Positions 8,477-17,659 of a stretch of 29,653 nucleotides of DNA are shown one piece after another. The DNA comes from Polyangiaceae bacterium (GTDB lineage Bacteria; Myxococcota_A; Polyangia; Polyangiales; Polyangiaceae): contig JANRKO010000091.1 of NCBI GenBank assembly GCA_033763455.1, positions 1 through 29,653 on the forward strand, written 5' to 3'. The notes under the pieces are model-generated. The model did not search any database. It was not told where the DNA came from and worked only from the letters and a program-made list of their open reading frames with translations. Within the stretch, counting starts at the first letter, position 1; every line of letters starts with the position of its first letter. The position numbers were made by a program, and so were the translations under genes.

Positions 8477-9114
8477 AGCTTTTTGGCTATTGGCGCAGCA
8501 GCTGCACTTGGCGGGTGCGGATCGGGCTAAACCTGAAGGGCATTGCCTATGAATATGTTCCGACGCACCTGGTGAGAAATGGAGGCGAACAATTCAGTGA
8601 GGCTTTTCGAAAGCTCAACCCGCACGCGCAGGTGCCGCTCTTGGTAGTCGAAGATCAAACACCGCCTTTTTGCCTGGGTCAAAGCGTGGCAATCTTAGAA
8701 TACTTAGAGGAGCGCTATCCCGAGCCCAGCCTCTTACCGAAAACGCCCGAAGCTCGTGCCCGCTGCCGCCAAATAGCGGAAGTTGTAAACAGCGGCATCC
8801 AGCCGCTGCAGAACCTCAGCGTGCTGAACCGTCTACAGGCCGAAAACGCCGACGCACAAGGTTTCGCGCGACACTTTATCGAACTTGGCCTGCGGAGCCT
8901 GGAAGCGCTGGCGAGCGCCGAAAGCGGGCCATTTTTCCTGGACGAAACACCAACATTCGCTGATCTATTTTTGGTTCCACAGCTGTACAACGCGCGGCGT
9001 TTTCAGATCGATCTCAGGCCGTTTTCGCGCCTCCTGGCGATCGAGCAAGCCTGTGAAGCGTTGCCGGCTTTCCAGGCGGCGCACCCGAGTGTTCAGCCGG
9101 ATGTTGAAGCTTAG
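8473..9114 (+). CDS. maiA: Maleylacetoacetate isomerase (zeta-class GST)
   Basis: YWRSSCTWRVRIGLNLKG, SGIQPLQNL and AAHPSVQPD motifs. Confidence 0.95.
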   Translation: MKLFGYWRSSCTWRVRIGLNLKGIAYEYVPTHLVRNGGEQFSEAFRKLNPHAQVPLLVVEDQTPPFCLGQSVAILEYLEERYPEPSLLPKTPEARARCRQIAEVVNSGIQPLQNLSVLNRLQAENADAQGFARHFIELGLRSLEALASAESGPFFLDETPTFADLFLVPQLYNARRFQIDLRPFSRLLAIEQACEALPAFQAAHPSVQPDVEA

Positions 9115-9184
9115 AACTGCAGGCACCGAGCTGCGCACCCAAACGCGGGTTTTCGCAGCGCGCAACTTGAACTAGCGTAGCCCC

Positions 9185-10462
9185 GTGAGGTCGCGCGCTC
9201 GAAACGCAATTCTTACGGCGAGCCTGGCGGTTGCCAGCGGTTGCCGCCCCGTACCTGACACGACCATTCTCAGCCCCGGGGACTCGGCAAGCAACTACGC
9301 TGCCGAACGTTGTCGTCAGGGTGAAGGCAAAGCGTGTGGGCTGTTGGCCCAACGCTTCTTTGAAGGGGAAGGCGTGCCAAAGGATCGAGCTCGCGCTATG
9401 TTGTACGCTTCCTTGGCTTGCCAGAAGCGAGACCCACTGGGCTGCGGGTATTGGGGTAGCTTCCTAGCTACACGCAAAGACTACGGCGGCAATATGGACC
9501 AGGTAGTTGCCGATCTTGAGCTCGGCTGTTCCCACAATGTGGGGTTTGCCTGCGGCCAGCTCGCAAACATGTTGTGGAGGCATACCACGCTGGCCGGCGG
9601 GCGTGCCCGAGCGCTAGGCCTCGCGGAAAAAAGCTGTCATCTTGGGTTCCCTGCGTTCTGCTACTTGCTGGGAAAGTTCTACGAGGAAGGTGCAGAGGGC
9701 CCTCCTTCACCGGACCGAGCCGTGGAGTGGTTTCGAACCGCGTGTAACCAGGGCTGGCCAGAAGGCTGCGCGGAGGTGGCCTGGTACGGCAAAAAGCCTG
9801 GCTCTGGGGTTTCGGATGAAGAGCGTGTGTGGTCTCAACACGAGGCCTGCAAGGGTGGATTAATGGAAAGTTGCGTCGATGAAGCCCTCGACGCCCTTGA
9901 ACCGAAGGCTACCAGCTGCTCCGAGCTCGTTGCCAAACACGTCGCTGCCGCCTGCACAGCCGGTGTTCTTGACGGTTGTGCTGTGGCGGCCAAGTGCCAG
10001 TTCCTCGGTGGGAAGAACACAGTCGCCATACTGCGCAGTCACTGCACCAGTGGGTCAGCGCTCGGGTGCCTGTACCTTTCTCAACAACTGCGCGATGCTC
10101 CTCAATCGAGCGCACCTCCCTCCGAGTGGCAAGCGCCGCTCAGCAAGATGTGCAGTCTTGCACCGGCTCGCGGTTGGTCGCAGGGTTGCCTCGAATTGGC
10201 AGGCCTACTGCTCGCAAGCGAGAAGAAGGACGACCTACAGCGGGCCGCACAGGCGCTTGGCCAAATGTGCACGGAAGTACCCGCGGCTTGCTTCAAGTTA
10301 GGCCAAATGTACGAACAAGGGCTGCTTTTTGCTCCTGACGTTACAGAAGCCACCCGACACTATGATTTGGCCTGCAAGGGGACTTTCCGCGAAGCTTGCG
10401 AGGCTAGGGATCGACTCAAAATTGCGCCCCGCCCCACAGCCAGCGAGAGCTCACAGAGATAG
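9185..10462 (+). CDS. Sel1-like repeat (Hcp-type, Cys-rich) lipoprotein
   Basis: Lipobox-like ASGC; repeated AC-xx-G-xxx-GC units; GEGVPKDRARA and LGQMYEQG motifs. Confidence 0.85.
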   Translation: MRSRARNAILTASLAVASGCRPVPDTTILSPGDSASNYAAERCRQGEGKACGLLAQRFFEGEGVPKDRARAMLYASLACQKRDPLGCGYWGSFLATRKDYGGNMDQVVADLELGCSHNVGFACGQLANMLWRHTTLAGGRARALGLAEKSCHLGFPAFCYLLGKFYEEGAEGPPSPDRAVEWFRTACNQGWPEGCAEVAWYGKKPGSGVSDEERVWSQHEACKGGLMESCVDEALDALEPKATSCSELVAKHVAAACTAGVLDGCAVAAKCQFLGGKNTVAILRSHCTSGSALGCLYLSQQLRDAPQSSAPPSEWQAPLSKMCSLAPARGWSQGCLELAGLLLASEKKDDLQRAAQALGQMCTEVPAACFKLGQMYEQGLLFAPDVTEATRHYDLACKGTFREACEARDRLKIAPRPTASESSQR

Positions 10463-11461
10463 TAGTAGGCTGCAGCTCACTCCGCCCGAGAAAGAAATCT
10501 GCCCGGTGTCGGTTGCGCGAATTGCACCCAGCGACAGATCATAAGCAACAGCTCCGTGGTGCTGGGCGCCTCGCTTTATGTTTCTCAACAGGGAATCGTA
10601 CAACACAAGCGAAGGGGCAAGGTAGATGGCATCAAACCTTTCCCACTTGGCTCCGGAGCGTCGCGGGAAGTTTCCTTCGATATGTTCGTACCGCAGCGCC
10701 ACCCCTAAGGCTTGAGCGCTCTCATTGGTGACGAGCCATTCCCAAGGGAACACGGCCGCCTCCGCGCCCAGGTGCAAACCATAACCCGTGTTAAATGCGC
10801 CCTCTTTATCGGAACCGCAAACACGCTTCTGACAGCTAACGAAGGTTAACGGCAACGCCATGGCTTGGACACGAGCGCTGCCGAACGTTCGCCCGGCCCC
10901 TACACCGAAACCGAGAGTATTAGACATGGACCCGGCGCTCGTAAAGCGCATGTTAATCGGCACCGAAACGACCCACTGCGTGCGGTTTTCGAAACGCACC
11001 AAGGAACCCGAAATGGGCACACGCAGGCACGTTCGCCGTTCGCCGCGTGCCACTCCAATGTCCAAGACAAGATCCTCACCGTCCACAAACCACTTCAAGG
11101 GAAACCCCGCTACCAGTTTCGTTCGACGCGCGAGCTTCAGGGGAGTCTTGCTCAGATCCCCAGTACGCTCACTCCTGTCGTCGTTCACGCTCACGTTGCC
11201 CGCAAACGCGGTGCTGTCGCAGCCCGCACCGTCCCCGTTGTGAATGGCAATGCTCCTCACCTCGACCCCATCTTGCGCCCTTAAACTCAAAGAAAGCTGT
11301 ACGGCTGTTGGTTGCACAGCCACATCTTCCAGCTTCGCCGAAAGCGGGCCTCGCTCGACGTTGACTGGAAACTCGGGTTGGTAGTGGTTGGCGCAAGCGC
11401 CAGCCAGAAGAGCGAAGCCAAGCCCCAGAAAGCGGAGTCCTCGCGGTGCAGTGTGCGCCAT
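10451..11461 (-). CDS. Hypothetical lipoprotein, possibly with a C-terminal beta-barrel-like region
   Basis: Lipobox LAGAC; amphipathic strands in the C-terminal half. Confidence 0.65.
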   Translation of the reverse strand: MAHTAPRGLRFLGLGFALLAGACANHYQPEFPVNVERGPLSAKLEDVAVQPTAVQLSLSLRAQDGVEVRSIAIHNGDGAGCDSTAFAGNVSVNDDRSERTGDLSKTPLKLARRTKLVAGFPLKWFVDGEDLVLDIGVARGERRTCLRVPISGSLVRFENRTQWVVSVPINMRFTSAGSMSNTLGFGVGAGRTFGSARVQAMALPLTFVSCQKRVCGSDKEGAFNTGYGLHLGAEAAVFPWEWLVTNESAQALGVALRYEHIEGNFPRRSGAKWERFDAIYLAPSLVLYDSLLRNIKRGAQHHGAVAYDLSLGAIRATDTGQISFSGGVSCSLLLSL

Positions 11462-11630
11462 GGTGCGCGCACATCCTCACGGCATCTGTGCGAACTGACA
11501 AGATTTCCCCGACGAAATGTATGGCGGAAACAGCATAATGCTGGCCTTACCCAGGCGCATCGTGGGCCTTTCGCTCGGCTCCCAGAGCGCCGTCCTTGTC
11601 GAGCGCTCCGCCGGCGCTCAGACTACATGT

Positions 11631-12782
11631 ATGAGCCAACTCGAACCGCTCGGCATCCTCGGGCTCGAGGCGCTCCATTACTACGTCCACGATCTGGAGC
11701 GGAGCCGGCGGTTCTATACCGAGAAGCTTGATTTCATGGAGCTCGGAGAAAGCTCCGAATCGTTAACGCGAGAGGGCCGTCAGCGCTCGGTGGCGTTTCA
11801 GGCGGGAAGCTGTGTCGTTATTTGTTCAACACCCCAAGGTGACGGTGGCCGAGCCGCACGTTACTTACGCAAACATCCAGATGGCGTTGGAAGCCTGATC
11901 TTTCGCGTGGCGGACATTCAGAAGACCTTCACGCTTCTCGAAGCACGGGGCGGCACCCCCATCGACGAAATACAAACCTTGGCCACCGCGCAAGGTTCGG
12001 TACGCACATTTGCTATTACCACGCCCTTTGGCGACACCACCTTTCGCTTCATTGAGCGCACGGGAATAACTCAACTTTACCCAGGCCTTTCGCTCTTCAG
12101 CCCACCCCGCGGTGGCCAGAACCGCCTGGGATTTACTCATTTCGATCATATCACTTCCAACTTTCAAACCATGAAGCCAGCGTTGCTCTGGCTCACGCAC
12201 GTGCTTGGGTTCGAGCCCTTCTGGGGAGTCACGTTTCACACCGATGATGTGGCCCTGAACCAAGGCATGAAAGGCTCGGGGCTGCGCTCCAGCGTGATGT
12301 GGGATCCGCACTCAGGCGTCAAATTCGCCTGCAATGAACCGTTTAGGCCCAACTTCAAAGCTTCGCAGATCAACATCTTCAATGAGGAACATCGCGGCGA
12401 TGGGGTACAACACGCTGCGCTCGCTGTTGCAGACATTGTGAGCGCCGTTCGCACCATGCGAGCTCGCGGCGTGGAGTTTATGCCGACACCGGCAGCCTAT
12501 TACGACGCGTTGCCCAAACGTCTAGAAGCGCTCGGCATCCAGAGCATCAGCGAAGATCTGCAAACGCTGAGGGAGCTTGAAATTCTGGTGGATGGCGCCG
12601 GAAAGAGCCAATATTTGCTCCAAATATTCCTTAAAGAATCCTCCGGCCTCTACGCAACGAAGGAAGCTGGGCCGTTCTTTTTCGAAGTCATCCAGCGCAA
12701 GGGAGACGATGGCTTTGGCGCCGGAAATTTCAGGGCACTTTTTGAAAGCATCGAGCGCGTACAGCAAAAGGGCGAAGTGTAA
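11631..12782 (+). CDS. hppD: 4-hydroxyphenylpyruvate dioxygenase
   Basis: FDHITSN, GVQHAAL, YLLQIF and [25 protein letters not shown] motifs. Likely start ATG 11631 (track ORF begins at 11517). Confidence 0.95.
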   Translation: [383 protein letters not shown]

Positions 12783-14002
12783 TGCTAGAACGCATCGTCC
12801 GAGGGATAGTTCCCGCAAAGCACCATACCGCATTGCGAGATGGGAATGGGCGCTTGCTCTATGAACACTGCCATACACGCCAAGGCTTCGATGGCCCGTA
12901 CACCATTAGCTACCATCTAGAGCGGCCGCACATCTGGCGCGCGGTGGATACCGCTGAGCTTGCAGAGCTACGCCTCACAACGCCCCTCGGCTTCCCACTT
13001 GCAGCTCCTGCGGGCTCCGTGCCGTTACGACGCCGGCATTTCCAGAGTGCGAAACTGAGGGAGCAAGGCACCTCACTTGCAGCAAGCACCGCGTTCGCAT
13101 CGACCACTCCACTCGCAGCAAGAAGGCCGCTTCTATTTAACGCCGACATCGTAATCTCGGCGCTATTTCCTCAAGTCTCGGACTCACTGTACTTTTCGAA
13201 CGGCGACGCCGACGATCTCTTCTTCATTCACCAAGGCGCGGGCACGCTCCGTTCGGCGTTGGGTGACCTCGCCTTTCAGAGTGGGGACTATCTTTTCATC
13301 CCACGAGGCTTGTTGCATCGCTTTCTCCTCCCGGAGGGGTTGAGTCAAAGCTGGCTCAGCCTCGAGTGTTTTGGTGCGCTTGGGCTTTTGCCCCAGTGGC
13401 TCAACGCTCATGGTCAATTGCGTATGGGGGCGCCCTATTGCCACCGTGACTTTCAGGAGCCCGTATTCAACGGACCGCGGGATGAGGACATTCGACTCAT
13501 CGTCGTAAAACGCCAAAATCAGTTCGATGCCTTCGCGGCTCCTCACTCACCACTCGACGTCGTGGGTTATGATGGAGCTGTTTACCCCTTTGTGTTCCCC
13601 ATTTCCAAGTTCCAACCTCGAGTTGGCCAGGTACACCTGCCTCCAACCGTTCACGGCACTTTCGCGACTCGCGGCGCACTCATCTGCAGCTTCGTGCCGC
13701 GCCCCGTAGATTTCGACAGAAACGCTGTCCCTTGCCCCTATCCGCACTCCTCGGTGGATGTGGATGAAGTTCTGTTTTACGCGCAGGGCAACTTCACGTC
13801 TCGCCGCGGCATAGAGAGCGGCAGCTTATCTCTGCATCCGGCAGGCATTCCCCACGGCCCGCATCCTGGAGCGTACGAAGCCAGCATTGGCAGCATCCGA
13901 ACCGACGAACTGGCAGTCATGATCGACTGCTCCCAACCGCTCGCGCTTACGTCTTTCGCGCGCGGAATCGAAGACCCAAGGTACGACGCATCGTTTGGAT
14001 AG
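12782..14002 (+). CDS. hmgA: Homogentisate 1,2-dioxygenase
   Basis: PLDVVGYDG, VHLPPTVHGTF, CSFVPR, PYPHSSVDVDEV and LHPAGIPHGPHPG motifs. TAATG coupling to hppD. Confidence 0.95.
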   Translation: MLERIVRGIVPAKHHTALRDGNGRLLYEHCHTRQGFDGPYTISYHLERPHIWRAVDTAELAELRLTTPLGFPLAAPAGSVPLRRRHFQSAKLREQGTSLAASTAFASTTPLAARRPLLFNADIVISALFPQVSDSLYFSNGDADDLFFIHQGAGTLRSALGDLAFQSGDYLFIPRGLLHRFLLPEGLSQSWLSLECFGALGLLPQWLNAHGQLRMGAPYCHRDFQEPVFNGPRDEDIRLIVVKRQNQFDAFAAPHSPLDVVGYDGAVYPFVFPISKFQPRVGQVHLPPTVHGTFATRGALICSFVPRPVDFDRNAVPCPYPHSSVDVDEVLFYAQGNFTSRRGIESGSLSLHPAGIPHGPHPGAYEASIGSIRTDELAVMIDCSQPLALTSFARGIEDPRYDASFG

Positions 14003-14053
14003 GGGCCCTGGCGTACGGGGCGCGAGCATCCCTCCCCGAAGCCGCCCCGTCAC

Positions 14054-14081
14054 TCTAGCCGCGTTTCTAGACGCCGCTAGA
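14054..14081 (+). terminator. Hairpin downstream of hmgA (possible terminator)
   Basis: TCTAGC-C-GCGT-TTCTAG-ACGC-C-GCTAGA; no clear U-tract. Confidence 0.35.
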
Positions 14082-14464
14082 ACGCACCGTGCTAGCTCAG
14101 AAGTGTTAACTGGATTCTCACGTGAGGCTCCTCGGAGACTCCTGCGCCATTGCTGGTGCCTTACTAGAACAATCCGCTCATTCAGCGCGCGACGTGCTTG
14201 AACGTTTAGACTCAGGCTTAAAACCTGCAAACCTGTAATGACCGAATAGTGCAACGCCCAGCTGTACCATTCGGTCATCACTCCTTTGTGATTCCATCTG
14301 GTGTTCACTAATATGGAATTGCTCGACGTTTCTTATTTGGCATTTCAGCGAAAATCCGTTTGCACAAGGGAACGCGCGTGCGCCAATATCAGTGCGTTCA
14401 GATTGCTATCACTGAGCCTTGGCGAGCCCCTGCGGTGCCTCGCCCGTGCTGACTGGAGTATTAC

Positions 14465-15772
14465 ATGGCAAGCGTTCGACTCAGTTGGAGGCGGCATCGC
14501 GGCGTTTGCGCGCCGTCTTATCTATCGCTTTTCTTAGCCGTATTAGCGGGCGGAGTCGCTCAGCAAGGCTGCAGCGGCGAAACGACCGAGCGCGGAGCGC
14601 TGAAGGGGGGAACGGGCGGGAGCACGGCCTCCACGACGGGCGGCACAGCGGTGGGGCTGGGGGGCGCGGCGAGCACAGGCGGAACTGCAGGAAGTCTCCT
14701 TCCCAAGACAGGCGGAAACGGGGGCAATATAGGCGGAGTTGTTTCGGTGGCGTCTGGTGGCTCGCAAAGCGGTGAAAGCGGAGGTTCACGCAACGGAACC
14801 GGCGCGGGCGGTGGCTCACAAGGCGGGGGAGCTACAACCGCTGTCGGAGGTGCCACCACGGGAGTCTCAAGTTCTGCGCCCGGCAACAGCTGTCGCGCTC
14901 TCCCCGAGAACTGCGGCCCACAAGAAACGGAAAACTGCTGCGCCAGTCCATTGCTTCCAGGAGGTATGTTTTATCGCGGCGAAATTACAGACAACGGTGC
15001 GCCAGCAACGTTGAGCCCATTCCATCTCGATCGTTTCGAGGTCACCGTGGGGCGCTATCGTAAGTTTGTAGAGTCTTACGACGCTTGGCGGCAGGCTGGG
15101 CACCCAACGGCTCAAGAAGGAGCGCACCCCAATGCCGCCGGCACCGGCTGGAACCCAGCGTGGAACACCGAACTTGACGTGTTAGCCCCCGATGCTGCAA
15201 CGCTGAAGAAGAACCTGGCGTGCACATCCGGCCAAAACACATGGACGGACGTGCCGGGGGCTCATGAAACGCGACCAGCCGGCTGCGTAAACTGGTACCA
15301 AGCGTTTGCGTTCTGTATTTGGGACGGCGGCTACTTACCAACCGAGGCTGAGTTCAATTTTGCGCAAACGGGCGGCTCGGAGAGGCGTTACCTGCCTTGG
15401 TCATCGCCTCCAAGCGCTCAGCAATATGACCGAAAGTACGCCAGCTACGAGTGTTCCATTGCTGAAAGTGGACTCGAAAGCTGCATTTTCAAAGTGGGGG
15501 CACACCCGTTGGGAGATGGCCGCTTCGGGCAGGCCGATCTTGGGGGCAACATGTGGGAATGGACCTTGGACTACGAGGTTGGATACCCAACACCGTGCCA
15601 AGATTGCACCAGCATGTTGGATCCCGAGGGCCCGATGACAGAAGGTCGCATAATACGTGGGGGCGGCTGGTCTAACGGTTCAAGCGGCATGCGATCGGGG
15701 TACCGTGTTGGCCAAGACCCGCAGAGAGTGCGCGGTTCTGGTATTGGCTTTCGCTGTGCCCACACCCCGTAG
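14465..15772 (+). CDS. FGE-sulfatase (SUMF1/EgtB/PvdO) domain protein with a Gly-rich linker, probable lipoprotein
   Basis: LDRFEVTVGRY, VNWYQAFAFCIWDGGYLPTEAEF, DLGGNMWEW, RGGGW and IGFRCA motifs. Confidence 0.92.
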   Translation: MASVRLSWRRHRGVCAPSYLSLFLAVLAGGVAQQGCSGETTERGALKGGTGGSTASTTGGTAVGLGGAASTGGTAGSLLPKTGGNGGNIGGVVSVASGGSQSGESGGSRNGTGAGGGSQGGGATTAVGGATTGVSSSAPGNSCRALPENCGPQETENCCASPLLPGGMFYRGEITDNGAPATLSPFHLDRFEVTVGRYRKFVESYDAWRQAGHPTAQEGAHPNAAGTGWNPAWNTELDVLAPDAATLKKNLACTSGQNTWTDVPGAHETRPAGCVNWYQAFAFCIWDGGYLPTEAEFNFAQTGGSERRYLPWSSPPSAQQYDRKYASYECSIAESGLESCIFKVGAHPLGDGRFGQADLGGNMWEWTLDYEVGYPTPCQDCTSMLDPEGPMTEGRIIRGGGWSNGSSGMRSGYRVGQDPQRVRGSGIGFRCAHTP

Positions 15773-15848
15773 GGCAGGGCGCATTCTTGCCGGGTATCTT
15801 CACCGACCACAACAACTACTATTGCTATAGCTGCGGGCACTTGAGCTT

Positions 15849-16322
15849 TCACCTATTCGAGGACGTATTGCTAGGCGCCGCAGAAGACGTGGGTGTCTTC
15901 GGCGTGGGAGCGTTGAGTGGCAGCGGCGGCGCACGGTAAATCGGCGTTCCACCGCCGGGATCGGGAACATAGGGGGGCGTGGTGACTCCCCGTTCGACGT
16001 CGACCATCGGTGGAGCGGGAGCAGCACCGCCTGAACCCACTGCGCCACCTGCGCCACCTGCGCCACCTGCGCCACCTGCGCCGCCTGATGCACCAACCCC
16101 CGGAACCGCGCTTTGAATCTCACCACCACACGCCGCAAGCACTGCCGCAACACTGGAAAGAGATAGCCCGTAGAATACCTTCTTGGCTGTTCCCAGGTTC
16201 GCAGGAACACAAAGCGCAGGCCCCTTGGACTGCACAACCCGAGCTTCACTACAAAACGGACAGACTGATTCACTGCGCTCAACGTGTCGGCGGCAGCTCT
16301 GGCAAACAACTAGATCTAACAT
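15849..16322 (-). CDS. Putative radical SAM substrate protein (Zn-ribbon, lipobox, Gly/Pro-rich tail)
   Basis: GAGG RBS; CQSCRRHV...CPFC; LAACGG; (GGA)n linker; PIYRAPP. Lies 89 bp downstream of the co-oriented radical SAM gene. Confidence 0.75.
   Translation of the reverse strand: MLDLVVCQSCRRHVERSESVCPFCSEARVVQSKGPALCVPANLGTAKKVFYGLSLSSVAAVLAACGGEIQSAVPGVGASGGAGGAGGAGGAGGAVGSGGAAPAPPMVDVERGVTTPPYVPDPGGGTPIYRAPPLPLNAPTPKTPTSSAAPSNTSSNR
16041..16085. repeat. 9-bp tandem repeat (4 perfect copies and 1 imperfect) encoding a Gly-Gly-Ala linker
   Basis: (TGCGCCACC)x4 followed by TGCGCCGCC. Confidence 0.95.
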
Positions 16323-16411
16323 GCCGTACCTCTCGGATTCACGGGCTTAACGGATCAAACACTTGGCGATTCCAGCGCTCCAATTTGCTTAAGACTCGCA
16401 AAATGCAGGCT

Positions 16412-17659
16412 CTAGCTAGTGAAGGCATCTTCGACGATCTCAAAACGACCAAAATCAAAGGGCAACCCCGGGGCACGATGGGTTTTCTCCAGCCGCTCTT
16501 TTTTACCTTGTCGGGCCATTTCGAGGGCTCGATGGTGACACAGGGGATTATTCCCGATCTTGCCCAGAAGAACGTGGCTCGTCCAATTGCAGCCACCCTT
16601 ACATACTTCAGCATAGTAGCACGTGCGGCAGTAACCCCACAAGTCCGCAACCGTAAGTTCTCGCGTGAAACGCAAACGCGAAGAACGTTCCCAAATGTTC
16701 AGGAGCCCGTGCTCCAAGATATTGCCACCAGCAAAAGCGGACGTGGGCAACGAGGGGCAACCCTTGATGGTTCCATCCGATTCGATTCCGAGCGACGTCC
16801 GCCCAGCGCCACACGCATACATGTGACCTCGCGGCATGTCGCCGCGGAGCACCTCTTCGAACGGCCCGAAATAGCCTAAATTGTTGCCGGGGTAAAAGCT
16901 CACGCCCCCCGCATCCAAGACTCGCTTGAGCTCCGCAAGGCGCGGGAAAAGCGCTAGCAAATCCACTGGCTGGAGCACCAGATCGCTCGCATCCGCCGCG
17001 CGCCCCATTGGCACCGTGAGCCCTGCTTGCCAGCTATGCGCCCCCACCTCCACCACCAAGCGCACCAATTCATGAAGCTCATGCAGATTCTTTCGATTGA
17101 TCTGAGTATTTACGCTGAACGGCATTTGCTGCTCGCGCAAGGTGGAAAACACCCCCAGCGTTTGTGCGTAGAGGCCGTCTAGATTTCGCAAATCATCGTG
17201 AGTCTTGCCTACGCCGTCCACCGAGATACTCAAGCTACTTAAACCGGCATCCTTTGCCGCCTTTACAAGCTCCTGGCGAATGCCGCGCCCACCGCTCACC
17301 ATCGCCACTTCAATTCCGCGCCTTGCGAGTCGACCCACCACCTCTAGCCAACCGGGATGAAGGTAAGCCTCTCCCCCAATCAATGAGACCTCCTTCACGC
17401 CGAAATCCGCGAGTTGATCGGCCACGTTGAGACACTCTTCGGTGGAAAGTTCGCGCGAACGCGCGTGGCCCGCCCGCGAGCCGCAATGATTGCAAGCCAG
17501 ATCGCAGCGCAATGTGAGCTCCCACACTGCGACAACGGGCCGCCAAAACTCGTCTACGGGGCGCGCGGTGGGTTCAAGATCCGGGGTGCGATCTTCAGCC
17601 GTGAGTATGGGGAGGCGCAGCATCGAAACCAGCATGTGCCGATGGTCTGGATCGCGCAA
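16412..17659 (-). CDS. Radical SAM/SPASM peptide maturase, PlpX-like (splicease / GDL-associated) family
   Basis: VWELTLRCDLACNHCGSRAG, IGGEAYL, NTQIN, GNNLGYFGP, LGIESDGTIKGCPSLP, LWGYCRTCYYAEVCKGGC and GNNPLCHHRAL motifs. Start may be slightly downstream. Confidence 0.88.
   Translation of the reverse strand: MRDPDHRHMLVSMLRLPILTAEDRTPDLEPTARPVDEFWRPVVAVWELTLRCDLACNHCGSRAGHARSRELSTEECLNVADQLADFGVKEVSLIGGEAYLHPGWLEVVGRLARRGIEVAMVSGGRGIRQELVKAAKDAGLSSLSISVDGVGKTHDDLRNLDGLYAQTLGVFSTLREQQMPFSVNTQINRKNLHELHELVRLVVEVGAHSWQAGLTVPMGRAADASDLVLQPVDLLALFPRLAELKRVLDAGGVSFYPGNNLGYFGPFEEVLRGDMPRGHMYACGAGRTSLGIESDGTIKGCPSLPTSAFAGGNILEHGLLNIWERSSRLRFTRELTVADLWGYCRTCYYAEVCKGGCNWTSHVLLGKIGNNPLCHHRALEMARQGKKERLEKTHRAPGLPFDFGRFEIVEDAFTS

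Noticed and set aside
15640..15772. FGE/C-lectin C-terminus as a diversity-generating retroelement variable region
   Set aside because: No template-repeat copy differing at adenines and no reverse transcriptase found in the window.
15571..15852. Minus-strand ORF containing LPYG overlapping the precursor stop (second YG substrate?)
   Set aside because: Mostly antisense to the FGE gene, and the YG arises from that gene's last codons; likely spurious.
16041..16085. Tandem repeat as a CRISPR array or phase-variation switch
   Set aside because: A 9-bp in-frame unit with no spacers; it only changes linker length.
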